In this document: in pieces, positions 1 through 12,100 of the stretch | How positions within the stretch are numbered: position 1 is the stretch's first letter | Layout: every line of letters begins with the position of its first letter | Assembly: GCF_030684315.1 (NCBI RefSeq) | Contig: NC_081374.1 | Location: 12,140,837-12,204,836, forward strand | Direction of reading: 5' to 3' | Length of the DNA: 64,000 nucleotides | Origin: Stegostoma tigrinum | Lineage: Eukaryota | The notes under the pieces: generated by a model | Databases searched by the model: none | The model's input: only the letters and a program-made list of their open reading frames with translations | Told to the model about the DNA's origin: nothing | Made by a program: the position numbers and the translations under genes

Positions 1-215
1 AGTATCTGCTGTAACTTGTTCCTAACCTTTTATAAGAGTTTTGTTTGATTGCATCGGTCTGTCACTAAAATAAAAAGTGACACTCAGTTTTGTTGACCAT
101 AACGGATACACCTGCTAGCTTTCTGTAGGCCATTATATTACATAATATCACTGCCAAAAGAATTGCAGAAGAATTACTCAAATGTTTCACTAGATATGCA
201 CTACCCATAGACGTA

Positions 216-540
216 GGGGTGCACAGTGCCTCAGAGGTTAGCACTGCTGCCTCACAGCTCCAGGGACCCAGGTTTGATTCCACCCTTGGGTGACTGTCTG
301 TGTGGAGATTGCACATTCTCTTTGTGTCTGTGTGAGTTTCCTCCAAGTGCTCTGGTTTCCTCCCACAGCCCAAAAGATGTGCGGGCTAGGTGAATTGGCC
401 ATGCTTAAATTGCCTATATTGTTCCGGGATGTGTTTAGGATAGGTGGCCTATACGGGAATGGGTCTGGGTGGGGTGCCCTGAGGGCCAGCGTGGACTTGT
501 TGGGCTGAAGGGTTGTTTCCACAATGTAGGGATTCTATTC
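216..540 (+). mobile_element. tRNA-derived SINE (HE1/V-SINE-like) inserted in the Gypsy integrase
   Basis: A/B-box-like head (gttagcactgctgcctcacag...ggtttgattcc) and CR1-like 3' tail (gacttgttgggctgaaggg..tgtagggattctatt). The integrase frame resumes after it. Near-identical copies occur elsewhere in the window. Confidence 0.85.
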
Positions 541-1320
541 TTTACAGTCATATCAAGGATCACATTTTACGTCAAAGTCATGGATAGCTTAGGAATAAAA
601 CAATTCAAATTCACTGTGTACCATCCAGAACCACAGGGAGCGTTAGAACGGTCACATCAAACTTTGAAGACCATGTTGAGGGCCCGTAGTCAAGACTATC
701 CAAAGGATTGGGATAAAGAAATTTCATTTGTACTTTTTGCAACTAGGAATGCATCTAATGAATCAACTAAATTTAGCCCATTTAAATTAGATTTTGGGCA
801 TGAGGTGAAAGGAAAATTGAAATTAATTAAGGAAAACTTAATTAATAATAAGAGAGGGAGTAAAGTCCCTTAGAGATCAAAAAGTTTGTCTTTGTGTTGA
901 ACTTTAGGAGATGGGAGAAATATGAAATGAACATTTCATATCAGTTTTTACTGTGGAGAAAGAAATGGAGCATAGAGAACTCAGGGAAATAAATATTGAT
1001 GTTTTAAAAACAGTTCACATTACAAAAGAGGAGGTGCTAAAGGTCTGAAAAAATATGAAGGTGGATAAATCTTCTGGACCTGAACTATTGTGTACCAGGA
1101 TACTGTCAGAAGTTAGAAAGAAATTGTGAGGCCCTTTGTAGAAGTATTTGTATCATCTATAATGACGAGTGGGGTGCCAAATGTCTGGAAAGTGGCTAAT
1201 ATTGTGCTTTTGTTTAAGAAGTGATGTTAGGAGAAGTTTGAGAACTATAGGCATGTGAGTCTGACTTTGATGATGGGTAGGTTGTTGGAGGGATTCTGAA
1301 AAATAGGACTTGTATGTATT

Positions 1321-1994
1321 TAGAACATAGAACATAGAACAGTACAGCACAGAACAGGCCCTTCAGCCCACAATGTTGTGCCGACCATTGATCCTCATGG
1401 ATGCACCCTCAAATCTCTGTGACCATATACATGTCCAGCAGTCTCTTAAATGACCCCAATGACCTTGCTTCCACAACTGCTGCTGGCAATGCATTCCATG
1501 CTCTCACAACTCTCTGCGTAAAGAACCTGCCTCTGACATCCCCTCTATACTTTCCTCCAACCAGCTTAAAACTATGACCCCTCGTGCTAGCCATTTCTGC
1601 CCTGGGAAATAGTCTCTGGCTATCAACTCTATCTATGCCTCTCATTATCTTGTATACCTCAATTAGGTCCCCTCTCCTCCTCCTTTTCTCCAATGAAAAG
1701 AGACCGAGCTCAGTCAACCTCTCTTCATAAGATAAGCCCTCCAGTCCAGGCAGCATCCTCGTAAACCTCCTCTGAACCCTCTCCAAAGCATCCACATCTT
1801 TCCTATAATAGGGCGCCCAGAACTGGACGCAGTATTCCAAGTGCGGTCTAACCAAAGTTTTATAGAGCTGCAACAAGATCTCACGACTCTTAAACTCAAT
1901 CCCCCTGTTAATGAAAGCCAAAACACCATATGCTTTCTTAACAACCCTGTCCACTTGGGTGGCCATTTTAAGGGATCTATGTATCTGCACACCA
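1321..1994 (-). mobile_element. Young 5'-truncated CR1 LINE (3' end of RT ORF)
   Basis: ORF 1409-2029(-) reads YKTLVRPHLEYCVQFWAP..LERVQRRFTRMLPGLEGLSYEERL..RRGDLIEVYKI..FFTQRVVRAWNALP. (TTCTATG)n tail at 1321-1341. Almost identical to 30015-30688. Confidence 0.93.
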
Positions 1995-2330
1995 AAAAGA
2001 GGCAAAAAATGATTAGAGATAGTCAGCATGGTTTTGTGCTATGTGTCTCATGAAATTGATTAAATTTTTTGAGGGAGTAACCAAGAAGATGGATGAGAGC
2101 AGATTAGTAGACATCCCTTCCTCGGACTTTAGTGAAGACAAAGTTCCACGTGATAGATTAATTAGTAATGTTAGATCGCATTAGTAATGTTAGATCGTGA
2201 TTCAGGGTGAGTTTGCCAAATGAAAAGAAAATTGGCTTAACAGTAGGAGACAGAGAGTAAAGGTGGATGGCTGTTTTTCAGACTGGAGGCCTGTTACCAG
2301 GGATGTTCCACAGGGATCAGTGCTGGGTTC

Positions 2331-2458
2331 TGAGATAGTAGGAACTGCCGATGCTGGAGAATCTGAGATGACAAGGTGTAAAGCTGATGAACACAGCAGG
2401 CCAAGCAGCATCAGAGGAGCAGGAAAGCTGACATTTCGAGCCGAGGCCCTTCTTCACC
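2331..2458 (-). mobile_element. Penelope-like element 3' terminal (pLTR) fragment
   Basis: Matches the ends of the GIY-YIG-bearing copies in this window. Flanked by the 9-bp direct repeat gctgggttc (2322-2330, 2459-2467). Confidence 0.8.
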
Positions 2459-4904
2459 GCTGGGTTCACATTTGTTTGTCATTTATATAAATTATTTGGA
2501 TGACAACATAGAAGGCATGGTTACTAAATTTGTGAATGACTCCAAAATTGGTGGTATAATGGACAGTGAAGAAAGTTCTGTAAGATTACAAAGAGATCTT
2601 GATCAGTCGGGACAGTGGGCTAAGGAGTGGCAAATGGAGTTCATGGATAATTGGATAAATGCAAAGCATTGCATTTTGGTAAAACAAACAAAGGCATGAC
2701 TTATACAATTAAAAGTAGAGCCTTGGGTAGTTTTGTAGGTCAGAGAGAATTAGAGGTTCAGGTACACAATTCTTTGAAGTTTGTGTCCAATGTGGAATGG
2801 TTAAGAAGGTGTTTAGCACACTCGCCTTCCTTGATCAGACCTTTGAGTATAAAAGTTGGAAACTCATGTGCAAGTGTTGGTGAGGCATCTTCTGGAGTAC
2901 TGAGTCCAGTTCTGGCTTCCCTGTTAAAGGAACGAAATTATCAAGCTGGAGAGGGTACGGAAAAGATTTACCAGGATGTTGCTGGGAATGGAAGGTTTGA
3001 GTTATAAGGAGAGGTTGGATAGGTTGGGACTTTTTCTGCTGGAAAATAAGAGATTGAGGGGTGACCTTGTAGAGGTTTATAAAATCATAACGAGTTTAGA
3101 TAAGGTGATTGGTAGGTGTCTTTTCCCTAACATAGGGATTTCAAGACTTTTAAAGTAAGAGGAGAAAGAGTTAAAAAAGAATGTCTGTGGAATGAACTTC
3201 CAGAGGAAGTGGTGGATGCTGGTACAGTTACAACATTTAAAAACATTTAGATAAGTGCATGAATAAGAAAGATTTAGAGGGATATGAGACACCACTGGCA
3301 GGTGGGAGAATGTTAGTTTGGGATTATGGTGGGTATCAATTGTTTGGAAAGAAATGTCTATTTCCATGCTGTATGACTCTTACATTATGAAAAGTTGGTG
3401 AGTTAGAGTTCAGAGACACACATTTGGACTATATGCCAAATTTTAGGGGGTGATTAAATAGACTAGGTGAGTTGGCTAGACAGCATTTAAAAATAGCCCA
3501 GCATGTGATGAAACAGAAAACGTACAGTAAATTTCTAGTAGAGGTAAATCATTACTTCCAGTGGTAAGTGAACCTTCAAAGACAAGGTTTAGTGAGCCTT
3601 ATCAAATCGAAAGGAAATTGAGTGAGGTGAATTATTTGATTAGAACGCCAGATGAAACAATAACTCACAGAATGTATCATGTGAATATGCTTAAACAGTA
3701 CTTTAATAGGGAAGGAAAACAAAAGGTGAATGGGCTATTTGTTGCAACACAGAGTGACGAGCCAATTTCAGATTATTCTAAATTGGATATTCCTCAAACT
3801 AAAATAGACAGTTGAGGAAGTTCTCAAAAGTGGGATAAAGTTACCTTCCAGAGAAAATCAAAATAACCTGAAAGAGTGACTGCCATAACATGGAGAGATA
3901 GGTGGGAATAAGCTGGGAAGTACCAAACTGATTGCACATGATGTAGACATAGAAAATGTTGCTCCAATTAAGCAACTTCCTTATAGACATAACCCTCTAA
4001 AATTGGCACAGGTTCAAAAAGCATGATCGGAGGTGACATAATCAAAATGTGTCGCAGCAAAAGGAGCTCATCCATGGCGCCAAAACCAGATGGTACCTCT
4101 TGATGGTGTGTGAACAACCGCAAAACCAACGCAGTCACAACATCCGATTTGTATTCGACTCCAACTGTATTGAAGACTGTATTGAGAAGTTAGGTCAAGC
4201 AACTTTTATTTTTATAATTGACTTACTCAGGGTTTACTGGAAGGGGCAGTTATGCAAAAGAGTGGAATTTCAGCTTTTATGACAGCAGATAGACTTCACC
4301 AGTTTAAAGTCATGCCGTTTGTTTTGGAGTGTGTGCCAGCCACAGTTCAAAGGCTAACCATTAAAGTCATTCCAGGATTACCAAATGTGTGTTGTACAAA
4401 GACAGCCCAGAGATTTTCAGTCACATCTGGAAGGAACATTAGGAGCATCCAGCAGAATTATTTGAGAAATTCAAAAGGCGGGTTTGGTGATAAATTTGAC
4501 TAAGAGTGAATTTGTAAAAGCCCAAGTTACATTCTGAAGCCATGTTATTCGACATGGATAGGTGGCCCCACAAGATGTGAAAACTAAGGGGAGTTTCTCA
4601 CACCATCAGCGGAGAGGGAAATACTATGATTCCTGGAACTGAGTGGTTTTTATCAAAACTTCATACTGAATTTTGGCAGCGCGGTTGCTCTACTGACTGG
4701 CCTGTTGAAGAAGTGCAGAAAATTTCAGTGGCTAGAGAAGTGTCAGAAGGCAATTTGACAGCCTGAAAGCTGTGATGACCACTGCCCCAGTATTAGTAAC
4801 ACCTAATCATGCAAAACCATTTGAAGTGTCTATTGATATGAGGGATGGGGATGTCAATGCTGTCCTCTTAAAATTAAACTACGAGATGATAGAACGACCT
4901 AGTA

Positions 4905-7170
4905 ATTGATTGGTTTGATTTATCGTCATGTGTACCCAAGTACAGTGAAAAGCTTTGTTTGCGAGCAGTACAGGCAGATCACTGTAGGCAAGGACATACA
5001 GATCATAAGATGAAAAAAGATTGCACAGAATAAGGCATACAGGCTACACAGTGCGCTAGGAAAGATCACATTAACAAGATCAACATTATTTGAAGCTAGA
5101 CAGTCCATTCATCAGTCTAATAACAGCAGGGAAGAAACTGTTCTTAAACCTGTAGGTGCGTGTGTTCAAGCTTCGGTATAGTCTGCCTGACAAGAGGTTA
5201 TAGGACAGCATTACTGGGGTGGGATGGGTCTTTGATGATGTTGGCAGTCTTTCTGTGACAATCAGATGTGTAAATAGAGGCCATGGATTGGAGGTTGGTT
5301 CTGTGATGGTCTGGGCTGGGCACATAACCTTCTGCAGTTACTTCCAGTCCTGGGCAGAGCAGTTGCCAAACCTGACCGTTATGCACCCGGACAGTATACT
5401 TTCTGTGATGCACCTGTAAAAGTTAGGGAGGGACCACAAATGCTGAATTTCCTGAGACACCTGAGGGGAAAAAAAGGCATTGTTGTGCCTTCTTGCCTGT
5501 TGCATCTACATGGGAAGTCCAGGACAGGTTATCAGTTATCGTCACTCCTAGGAATGTGATACTGTCAACTCTTTCAACCTCCGATCCTTGATGTAGAAGG
5601 GGGCATTTCTCCTCCTTTCTTTCTGAAGTCAATGATCAGTTCTTTGTTTTTTGCCAAAATTGAGAAACAGGTTGTTATCATTGCACCACGATACCAAGCC
5701 CTCTGTCTCCTTTCTTTATTCTGACTCATTGTTGCTTACTATCCATAATATCACAGTGGTGTCATCAGAAAACTTGTAGATGGCATTTGTTTGGAATTTG
5801 GCTACACAGTCATGGGTGTACAGCGAGTACAGTAGGGGGCTGAGAAAGCATTCCAGTGTTGAGGGTTATCTTGGAGGAAGTGCAGTTGCCTATCTTCAGT
5901 GATTACAGTCTTTGGGTCAGGAATGTGAGGATCTAGTTGGACAGGCCAGAGCCAAAACCCAGGTCTCAGAGCTTTGAGATCAGCCTGGAGGTGATAATGG
6001 TGTTGAAGGCAGAGCAGTAGTCAATGAGCAGGAGTGTGACATAGGCGTCATTGCTGTGCAGATGTTTCAGGGATGAGTGCAGGGCTTGGGAAATGGCATC
6101 GACTGTGGGCCTGTTATGTCAGTAGGCAAACTTCCGGGGATCAAGGCAGGCTGGGAGGCTTGAGTTGATCTGAGCCATGACCAGCCTCTCGAAACACTTC
6201 ATGATTATTGAGGTCAGAACCACTGGGTGCTAGTCATTAAGGCACATTACATGCGCTCTCTTAGGTACCGGGATGGTGGTGATCTTCTTGAAGCAGGGGA
6301 GGACTTCTGTTTGCAGGAGGAAAAGGCTGAAGATGTCAGTGAATACCTGGGCCATACAGGATCTAAGCGCATGAATGCAGACTCTGTCCTAACCCTTTGC
6401 TTTCCTTGGGTTTAATCTCAGAAGGACTGATGTAATATCTGCAGCTGTGATGGAGGGAACGTCTGTGTCCAGGCCTGTCGGGGTGGGAGACGTTGTGCCA
6501 CTAGTAATCTGCTTGAACTGGCCATGGAAAGCTTTGAGCACGTCAAAGAGGGATGTGTCTTTGTACACTATATTGCTGTGCTTCATTTTTTATCCCATTT
6601 TGTTGTGTAGGCTTGCCACAGGTGGCGGGGATCCTTATGGGTTTGGGTTACTAACTTGGCCTCTTGGCATCCCTGATGGCTTTGCAGACATCATGTTCAG
6701 ACTTTCTGTATAGGCCTGGGTCATCCGACTTGAATGCTACATGCCTGGCTTTCAGTAGGGAGTGGATTCCCTGGTTCATCCAAGGTTTCCGGCTGGGGGC
6801 TACTCACATTGATTTCATCAGTACACAGTCGTCCACGCCTCTGCTAATGAAGTCCGTGATAGTGGTGGTGTATTTGTCCAGGTTTTCTGCTGAGTATAAG
6901 AATACAGTCCAATCTGCTGATTCCAAGCTGTCCTGAAATGCTCTTCTGCTGCCTCGGGCCCGGCATTATATTGTGTTTTTTAAAGGATTTTCTGCTTCAG
7001 CTTCTGCTTCGAGGCTGGGAGGAGGAACAGAGGACTGTGACCTGACTTTCCGAAATACAGATAGGGGATGGGGCAGTTGTCACCTTTGACAGTTACGTAT
7101 CAAGTGGTCCGGGATGTTCAGTCCTTTTCTGGGGCAGATGTTTTGGTGGTAGTTTGGCAGCACCTTCTTG
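4905..7170 (-). mobile_element. Rex1/Babar-type LINE remnant
   Basis: Minus-strand pieces SITFLGVTITDNLSWTSHVDATGKKAQQCLFF, LLSGRLYRSLNTRTYRFKNSFFPAVIRLMN and VLLRLNPRKAKG are typical of the Rex1/Babar RT region. Confidence 0.8.
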
Positions 7171-7176
7171 AGTTTG

Positions 7177-7300
7177 AGAGACAGTAGGAACTGCCGATGC
7201 TGGAGAATCTGAGATAACAAGGTGTAGAGCTGGATGAACACAGCAGGCCAAGCGGCATCAAAGGAGCAGGAAAGCTGACGTTTCGGGCCTAGACCCTTCT
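7177..7300 (-). mobile_element. Penelope-like pLTR fragment
   Basis: Same sequence family as 28808-28900. Truncated inside the hammerhead-like motif. Confidence 0.8.
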
Positions 7301-7544
7301 CTGCAATACCATGCACAAGTTGCATCCTACAGTTATTTCAGCGGTCATCAATTTTCCTGATTGAACATTGTGACACATGGGAGGGGCTCAGGAGAATGGG
7401 AGCTTCCACAGAGGTTCAATAGTAACAAGGATATGAATCAGTGGTGAGGGTGAATGGGGCAGAGAGGGTTAAAGGCCATGATGGAGCAGAAAAGGGATCC
7501 AAGGGAGGAGAGGGGTTGAAGTTAGGGGATGGGGTATGGCATGC

Positions 7545-8010
7545 CTTATATCCCTACAGGACTGGGGTGAATCAACTGCACTCATTAAAATCTGTAGGAT
7601 CAACCAGTTCCATTTGCCAATCACAAAAGTTTTCGCTCTTTGAGCCTGCAGGTGAAGTATCACACAGACCAGCCCTTGTTTCACAGGGAGTCCCTCAAAA
7701 CCATTACTTCCTGAAACTCACAGATCTCAGAACCTTGTGAGGACCCTGGCCAGTTCAAACCTGGCCTACAAGAGGTTTACCATAGCAAACATGGTTGATA
7801 ACATCAGTCAGGCATCCCTGGGGAGCAGCTAAGGAGTGATTCCAGGTCATTTTCCAAATAGATTCATTATTAATGTTGCCATTGTCACATAAAAAATGAG
7901 CTTTCACTTCCTTGATCGCTTTGGAAGGGCTCTGCAGACCCTAACACAGAGGGGATCCCAAATCGCTGAGTTCTGCTATGTACTGCATGGTCCACCATGC
8001 AATTGGGACA
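7545..8010 (+). mobile_element. Highly degenerate PIF/Harbinger transposase relic
   Basis: Ordered remnants INCTH (cf. IDCTH), FANHKSFRSLSLQV (cf. YVNRKGFHSINVQ) and FHFLDRFGRALQTLTQRGSQIAEFCYVLH (cf. FRCLDRSGGALQY..IILACCVLHN). Frameshifted. Confidence 0.6.
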
Positions 8011-8174
8011 CCTTACAACAGGGCAAGCATACAGAACTCCACTCCTGCTCAGATGAGGCTGAATTGTATGGACCTGAGGCGGAGGCCACGAAAGTGAATG
8101 AACCAGGGTCACGGACAAATGTACTGGAATATCTGTGTCAATGTTATATTGGCATGATTTGCTCAAGAGTTCAG

Positions 8175-8270
8175 GCCTGAAGAAGGGTCAGTGGACCTGA
8201 GAAGTTAACTCTGCTTTCTCTCCACAGATGTTGGCCGACCTGCTGAGTTTTCTGGCTATTTTTGATTTTT
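8175..8270 (+). repeat. Short Penelope-type terminal repeat (family B) with degenerate hammerhead-like core
   Basis: ctgaagaagggtcagtggacctgagaagttaactctg...cagatgttggccgacctgctgagtttt. This family recurs more than 10 times in the window. Confidence 0.65.
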
Positions 8271-9033
8271 TTTAACCCTTGTATTTTCATGGATTTGGCA
8301 GTTGCCAATTGCAACTCTTTACACTGGCTCTGCCAAAGTTTAACAGATCAAACTTGAGAAAGTCTTCATCTTCATTGTCTGAAGCATGAATATATCCATC
8401 TAGAGGAATATCTTGGGCTTTACCTGGGTAAGTTTTAATTCGATTAGGGTTAGAAACAGGGTTTCTGACTCTGATCAGAATATTTGGGCTAATGTGTTAT
8501 AGTTGTTATTGGCTAACACAGTTGGCAGGAGTTCTGAAACAATAGTTGTCTTGCAAACAAGACACACTTAGACCTTTCCATGATGGATTCAGTTTGAGAA
8601 TCACCATTCTGGAGTCATGGCATGACATAAGGCAAGATTTTGTTGATGGGGCCTGCCAGGGGAATCAAAGGCTCGTTAGCAAACATTTTTCCACAGAAAA
8701 TCAATCATGATTTAGTTGGGACTGAACTGCTTTATTTGTACCCATATCCAATGAATGTAAAATGCATTTTATAGAATAGGTTACACAATTTAAACGATTT
8801 TACAAGGATTGTTGAGGTTGTATGGTTTTAACAAAGCTTGCAACAGTAACCCTATTACTAACAATTAAATAGTTGATCCAATTCTTCAAACAACACTAAG
8901 TAGGAAAACAATTAGGCTTTTATATAGCATCAGAGTGTTGTACCATGAATGTGTTGGTACTTATTTATTCAAACGAAACATTCTGTAAGGCCTGAGGGTG
9001 TCGTAACTGAAAACTGTCCTTTCAGTCCTCATA

Positions 9034-9078
9034 TGTGGTAATTCTAAGCTCACAGTGTTAAAGGGAAGGAAATGACTA
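9034..9078 (+). promoter_or_regulatory. Putative proximal promoter of gene 1 (RUNX and ETS-like motifs)
   Basis: TGTGGT at 9034-9039 and tandem GGAA cores at 9064-9071, about 80-120 bp upstream of ATG 9152. Short motifs only. Confidence 0.3.
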
Positions 9079-9151
9079 GTTAGAGACTGCATTCCAGTAG
9101 CAGGGCCGCTGAAGTAAAGACCTGAGTGTGGAACGTGGAGCCGTTAGAACA

Positions 9152-9191
9152 ATGAGTATCACCTTCCTCTTGCCCATTGTTTTCCTATCAG
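9152..9191 (+). CDS. Gene 1 exon 1, signal peptide
   Basis: acaATGa start, hydrophobic MSITFLLPIVFLS, strong phase-1 donor CAG|gtaaga. Confidence 0.85.
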
Positions 9192-12100
9192 GTAAGAAAC
9201 TAATGGTGTTTGGAATTTTGGGAGGTTTGGAATTGTCTTGCTGCATCAGTCTCCCAGAAATGTCATCAGCTGAAGTCCATGTGACATTGAGACAGCCGTT
9301 AAGAAATGTATTTATGCTATCAAAGTGGTTCCCTTTTAAGATCAATAAATGAGTGTTTTTAAAGAAAAAGTTTAAAATGTCTCCTATTTTGTGTACAAAC
9401 ATTACAATGGAATCTTATTTTCACAAACTTAAATCTCCTGCTTTGTGACTTAATTACTTTTAGTTTTTGTTAGTGTGCAACCAGAACTTTAAAACAGGAT
9501 GAGGCGAATTTTCTGGGCAGACAGATTATTTTACTGCTTGCGCTGAATTTGTAATAATGCGTTTCAACACAGGATTTAATTTCCGGGTTTGAAGCAATTT
9601 ATATTGACTGATTTGTGCAATTGGTCATAAGGTTTTAGTTCGTATGAGAGATACCAACTAAATTTGAATTTGACTTTAGTGCAAAGAGTTGTTTGACATC
9701 AAAGTCAATGTAGGGGAGAAAAAACTAAGATGCGTTGTATTCATCATTTGAACGTCTCAAGTCCTGTGACATTCATCAAAAACAAATCAAAGCAACAAAA
9801 TATCTTGCTGTATTTTTGAATGTCAGCTAATGACATTGAGATTTTATCCTGAAACCTTTGAATAAACTTGCTTGGTGACAACGTCTAACATGGAAGCAAA
9901 TCAGTGACTTTGGCAATTTGCATGAATGTCTACTTCACAAACTACTAAAACAGCTTTGTATTCATATTAACTAAAAGTCTATACTTTGTGCACTAAATCA
10001 GTAGAATCATACAACTAATTGTTTGCATAAATTGCAAATCTCTGACTTTATAATCTGTAGCTGCTGTCGATTTATTTAGCAGCTTTTTTTTATAAAATGC
10101 AATTGATAGTAGGCCGCATTTGTTCACACTTTTTACCACTAGTAAATAGATTATTCATTTTGGTTCCATTTACATTGTCTTTCTGACTAGGGAAAAATTC
10201 TATATTCTTCCACTTCTAACCTAAACCCCCAACAAAACCTTGCTGAACCCAATCGTTCCAAGGTAATATTCCAAGGCTTCTGTCACACATAGAATTCTTA
10301 CATTTGCAAAACAAAACACTTACGAGACATCTTGAGCTGATTGCTTTCTCTGCACACCTTCGTAAACAAGTTAGGAAGCCTCCCCCACCAGAAGATATTA
10401 GATGCAATTCTGGTTTTTTAAGGAATGGTGCTCAGATTTATTGTGTCATCATAATCCTTTCTCCATTATTCCTAGTAATTTCATGTCAATGTAAATGGGA
10501 TCAATTCTACTGTGCTCAAAGAACTAGGGCTCTACAGAACCAATGTAAGTAAGGCTGGGACCATTTCAAGGGCCTGCAAAAAAGAGCTTTGCATCAAAAT
10601 ATGTAGAAATGCAATTCTGTGCTTTGGTTGTAGAAGTTATAACAACATGAACAAGACGTTCTCATCCTAGAATCCCAACAGTGTGGGGACAGGCCCTTTG
10701 GCCCAACTAGTCTACACCAACTCTCAAAGCAGCCACCCAGACCCATCCCCCATAACCCACCTAATCTCCACATCCCTGAACACCACAGACAATTTAGCAT
10801 GGCCAATCCAACTACCCTGCACATCTTTGGACTATGGGAGGAAACTGGAGCACCTGGAGGAAACCCACATAGACACGGGGAGAATGTGCAAACGCCACAC
10901 TGTCACCCAAGACTGGAATTGAACCCAGGTCCCTGGTGCTGTGAGGCAGCAGTGCTAGCCACTGAGCCACCGGGCCGCCCCACTTTTAGCTAATGTGAAT
11001 ACACAGCTGTTTTATTAATTCTTAAGGTAAGACATTCACACAAATCCCCAAAGTCACTGATTTGCTTCAATGTTAGACATTGTCACCAAGCAAGTTTATT
11101 CAAAGATTGCAGGATAAAATCTCAATGTCATTAGCAGACATTCAAAAATATAACAAGATATTTTGTTTCTTTGATTTGTTTTTGATGAAAACCTGGGACA
11201 TTATTCAAAATGTTGAATAAATTATTATTGTTACGTAAGAACCTGAAGTTCTTTTATTATAAACAGTCTTTGAATTACTGTAAACCAAAACAGCTGATAA
11301 TATGTACAAATGTCAAAACTGGTTACACAGGCAACTTCAATTCCTGTTTCTTGAACACAATAAGAGGAACTATGAGGATGATTAAGAAGGAACAAACCGC
11401 TCTGCAGACACACCACAATCTCATTCCTGTTCTTTTAAACTATGTCGAGTCCTTATGTCAGGCAAAGTGCTCCAGGTGCAAAGCATGTCTAGACTGTTAC
11501 CAACTCTATCTGTCCCAGCTCTGAGTCTCTTCCCTCCCCGAAACTAATTCACTCAGTTTAGAACAAAAACAGAAGTTGCTAGAAAAGCTCAACAGGTCTG
11601 GCAGCACCTGTGAAGAAAATCAAAGTTAATGTTTTGGGTCCAGTGATGCTTCCTCAGGACCTGAAGCATTATCTCTGATTTTTCTTCGCAGATGTTGCCA
11701 GACCCGCTGAGCTTTTCCAGCATCTTCTGTTTTAGTTCGTGATTTACGGCATCCACAGTTCTTTCAGTTATATTCACTCATTCTCGGTGTCTCTATTCCA
11801 TCTCTTCCACCAAATTCTGCATCCACTGTTCAGTGCCACTTCCTTCTTCACAGTAAGATGACTTCAGTTCTACTCTTCTACTTATCTGAAGCTTTTCTGC
11901 TGCTACAACATACCTTCTTATTTACATCTCAGCCGCACATCAGCCTGCCTGTGAAGATAAGGCCCATGAAAGGCAAGACAGTTTGGCAACATAGGTATTG
12001 CATAGTTGAGTGACATTGTACACAGCAGTGCGACTGGTGAACTGTCACTTCTCAGGCTGCAGGCAATTAAACACCAGGGTTCCTCATTGCTACGCACTAG

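Larger units (their letters stand above)
860..3380 (+). mobile_element. Old CR1 (HER1-type) LINE fragment, degenerate RT
   Basis: CR1 RT motifs (DWRPVTRDVPQGSVLG, KFVNDSK, GLSYKERLDRLGLF..RLRGDLVEVYKI) and 3' end gctgtatgactct. Interrupted by a young CR1 and a Penelope fragment. A 19-bp tandem duplication lies at 2161-2198. Confidence 0.85.
1..4900 (+). mobile_element. Degenerate Ty3/Gypsy LTR-retrotransposon pol remnant with INT-RT-RNaseH order (Gmr1-like), split by later insertions
   Basis: Integrase core in 1-215 and 541-845 (FIRVLFDCIG, HNITAKRIAEELLKCFTRYALP, QSYQGSHF, YHPEPQGALERSHQTLKTML, FSPFKLDFG). Integrase C-terminus at 3561-3815 (PYQIERKLSEVNYLIRTPD..HVNMLKQY). RT at about 3915-4560 (HDVDIENVAPIKQLPYR, IDLLRVYW, FKVMPF). 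RNase H start at about 4775-4900 (TTAPVLVTPNHAKPFEVSID). Many stops and frameshifts. Confidence 0.85.

Noticed and set aside
8420-8435. Strong donor-like site ctgg|gtaagt upstream of gene 1
   Set aside because: Could be a non-coding first exon, but there is no matching acceptor or transcript evidence.
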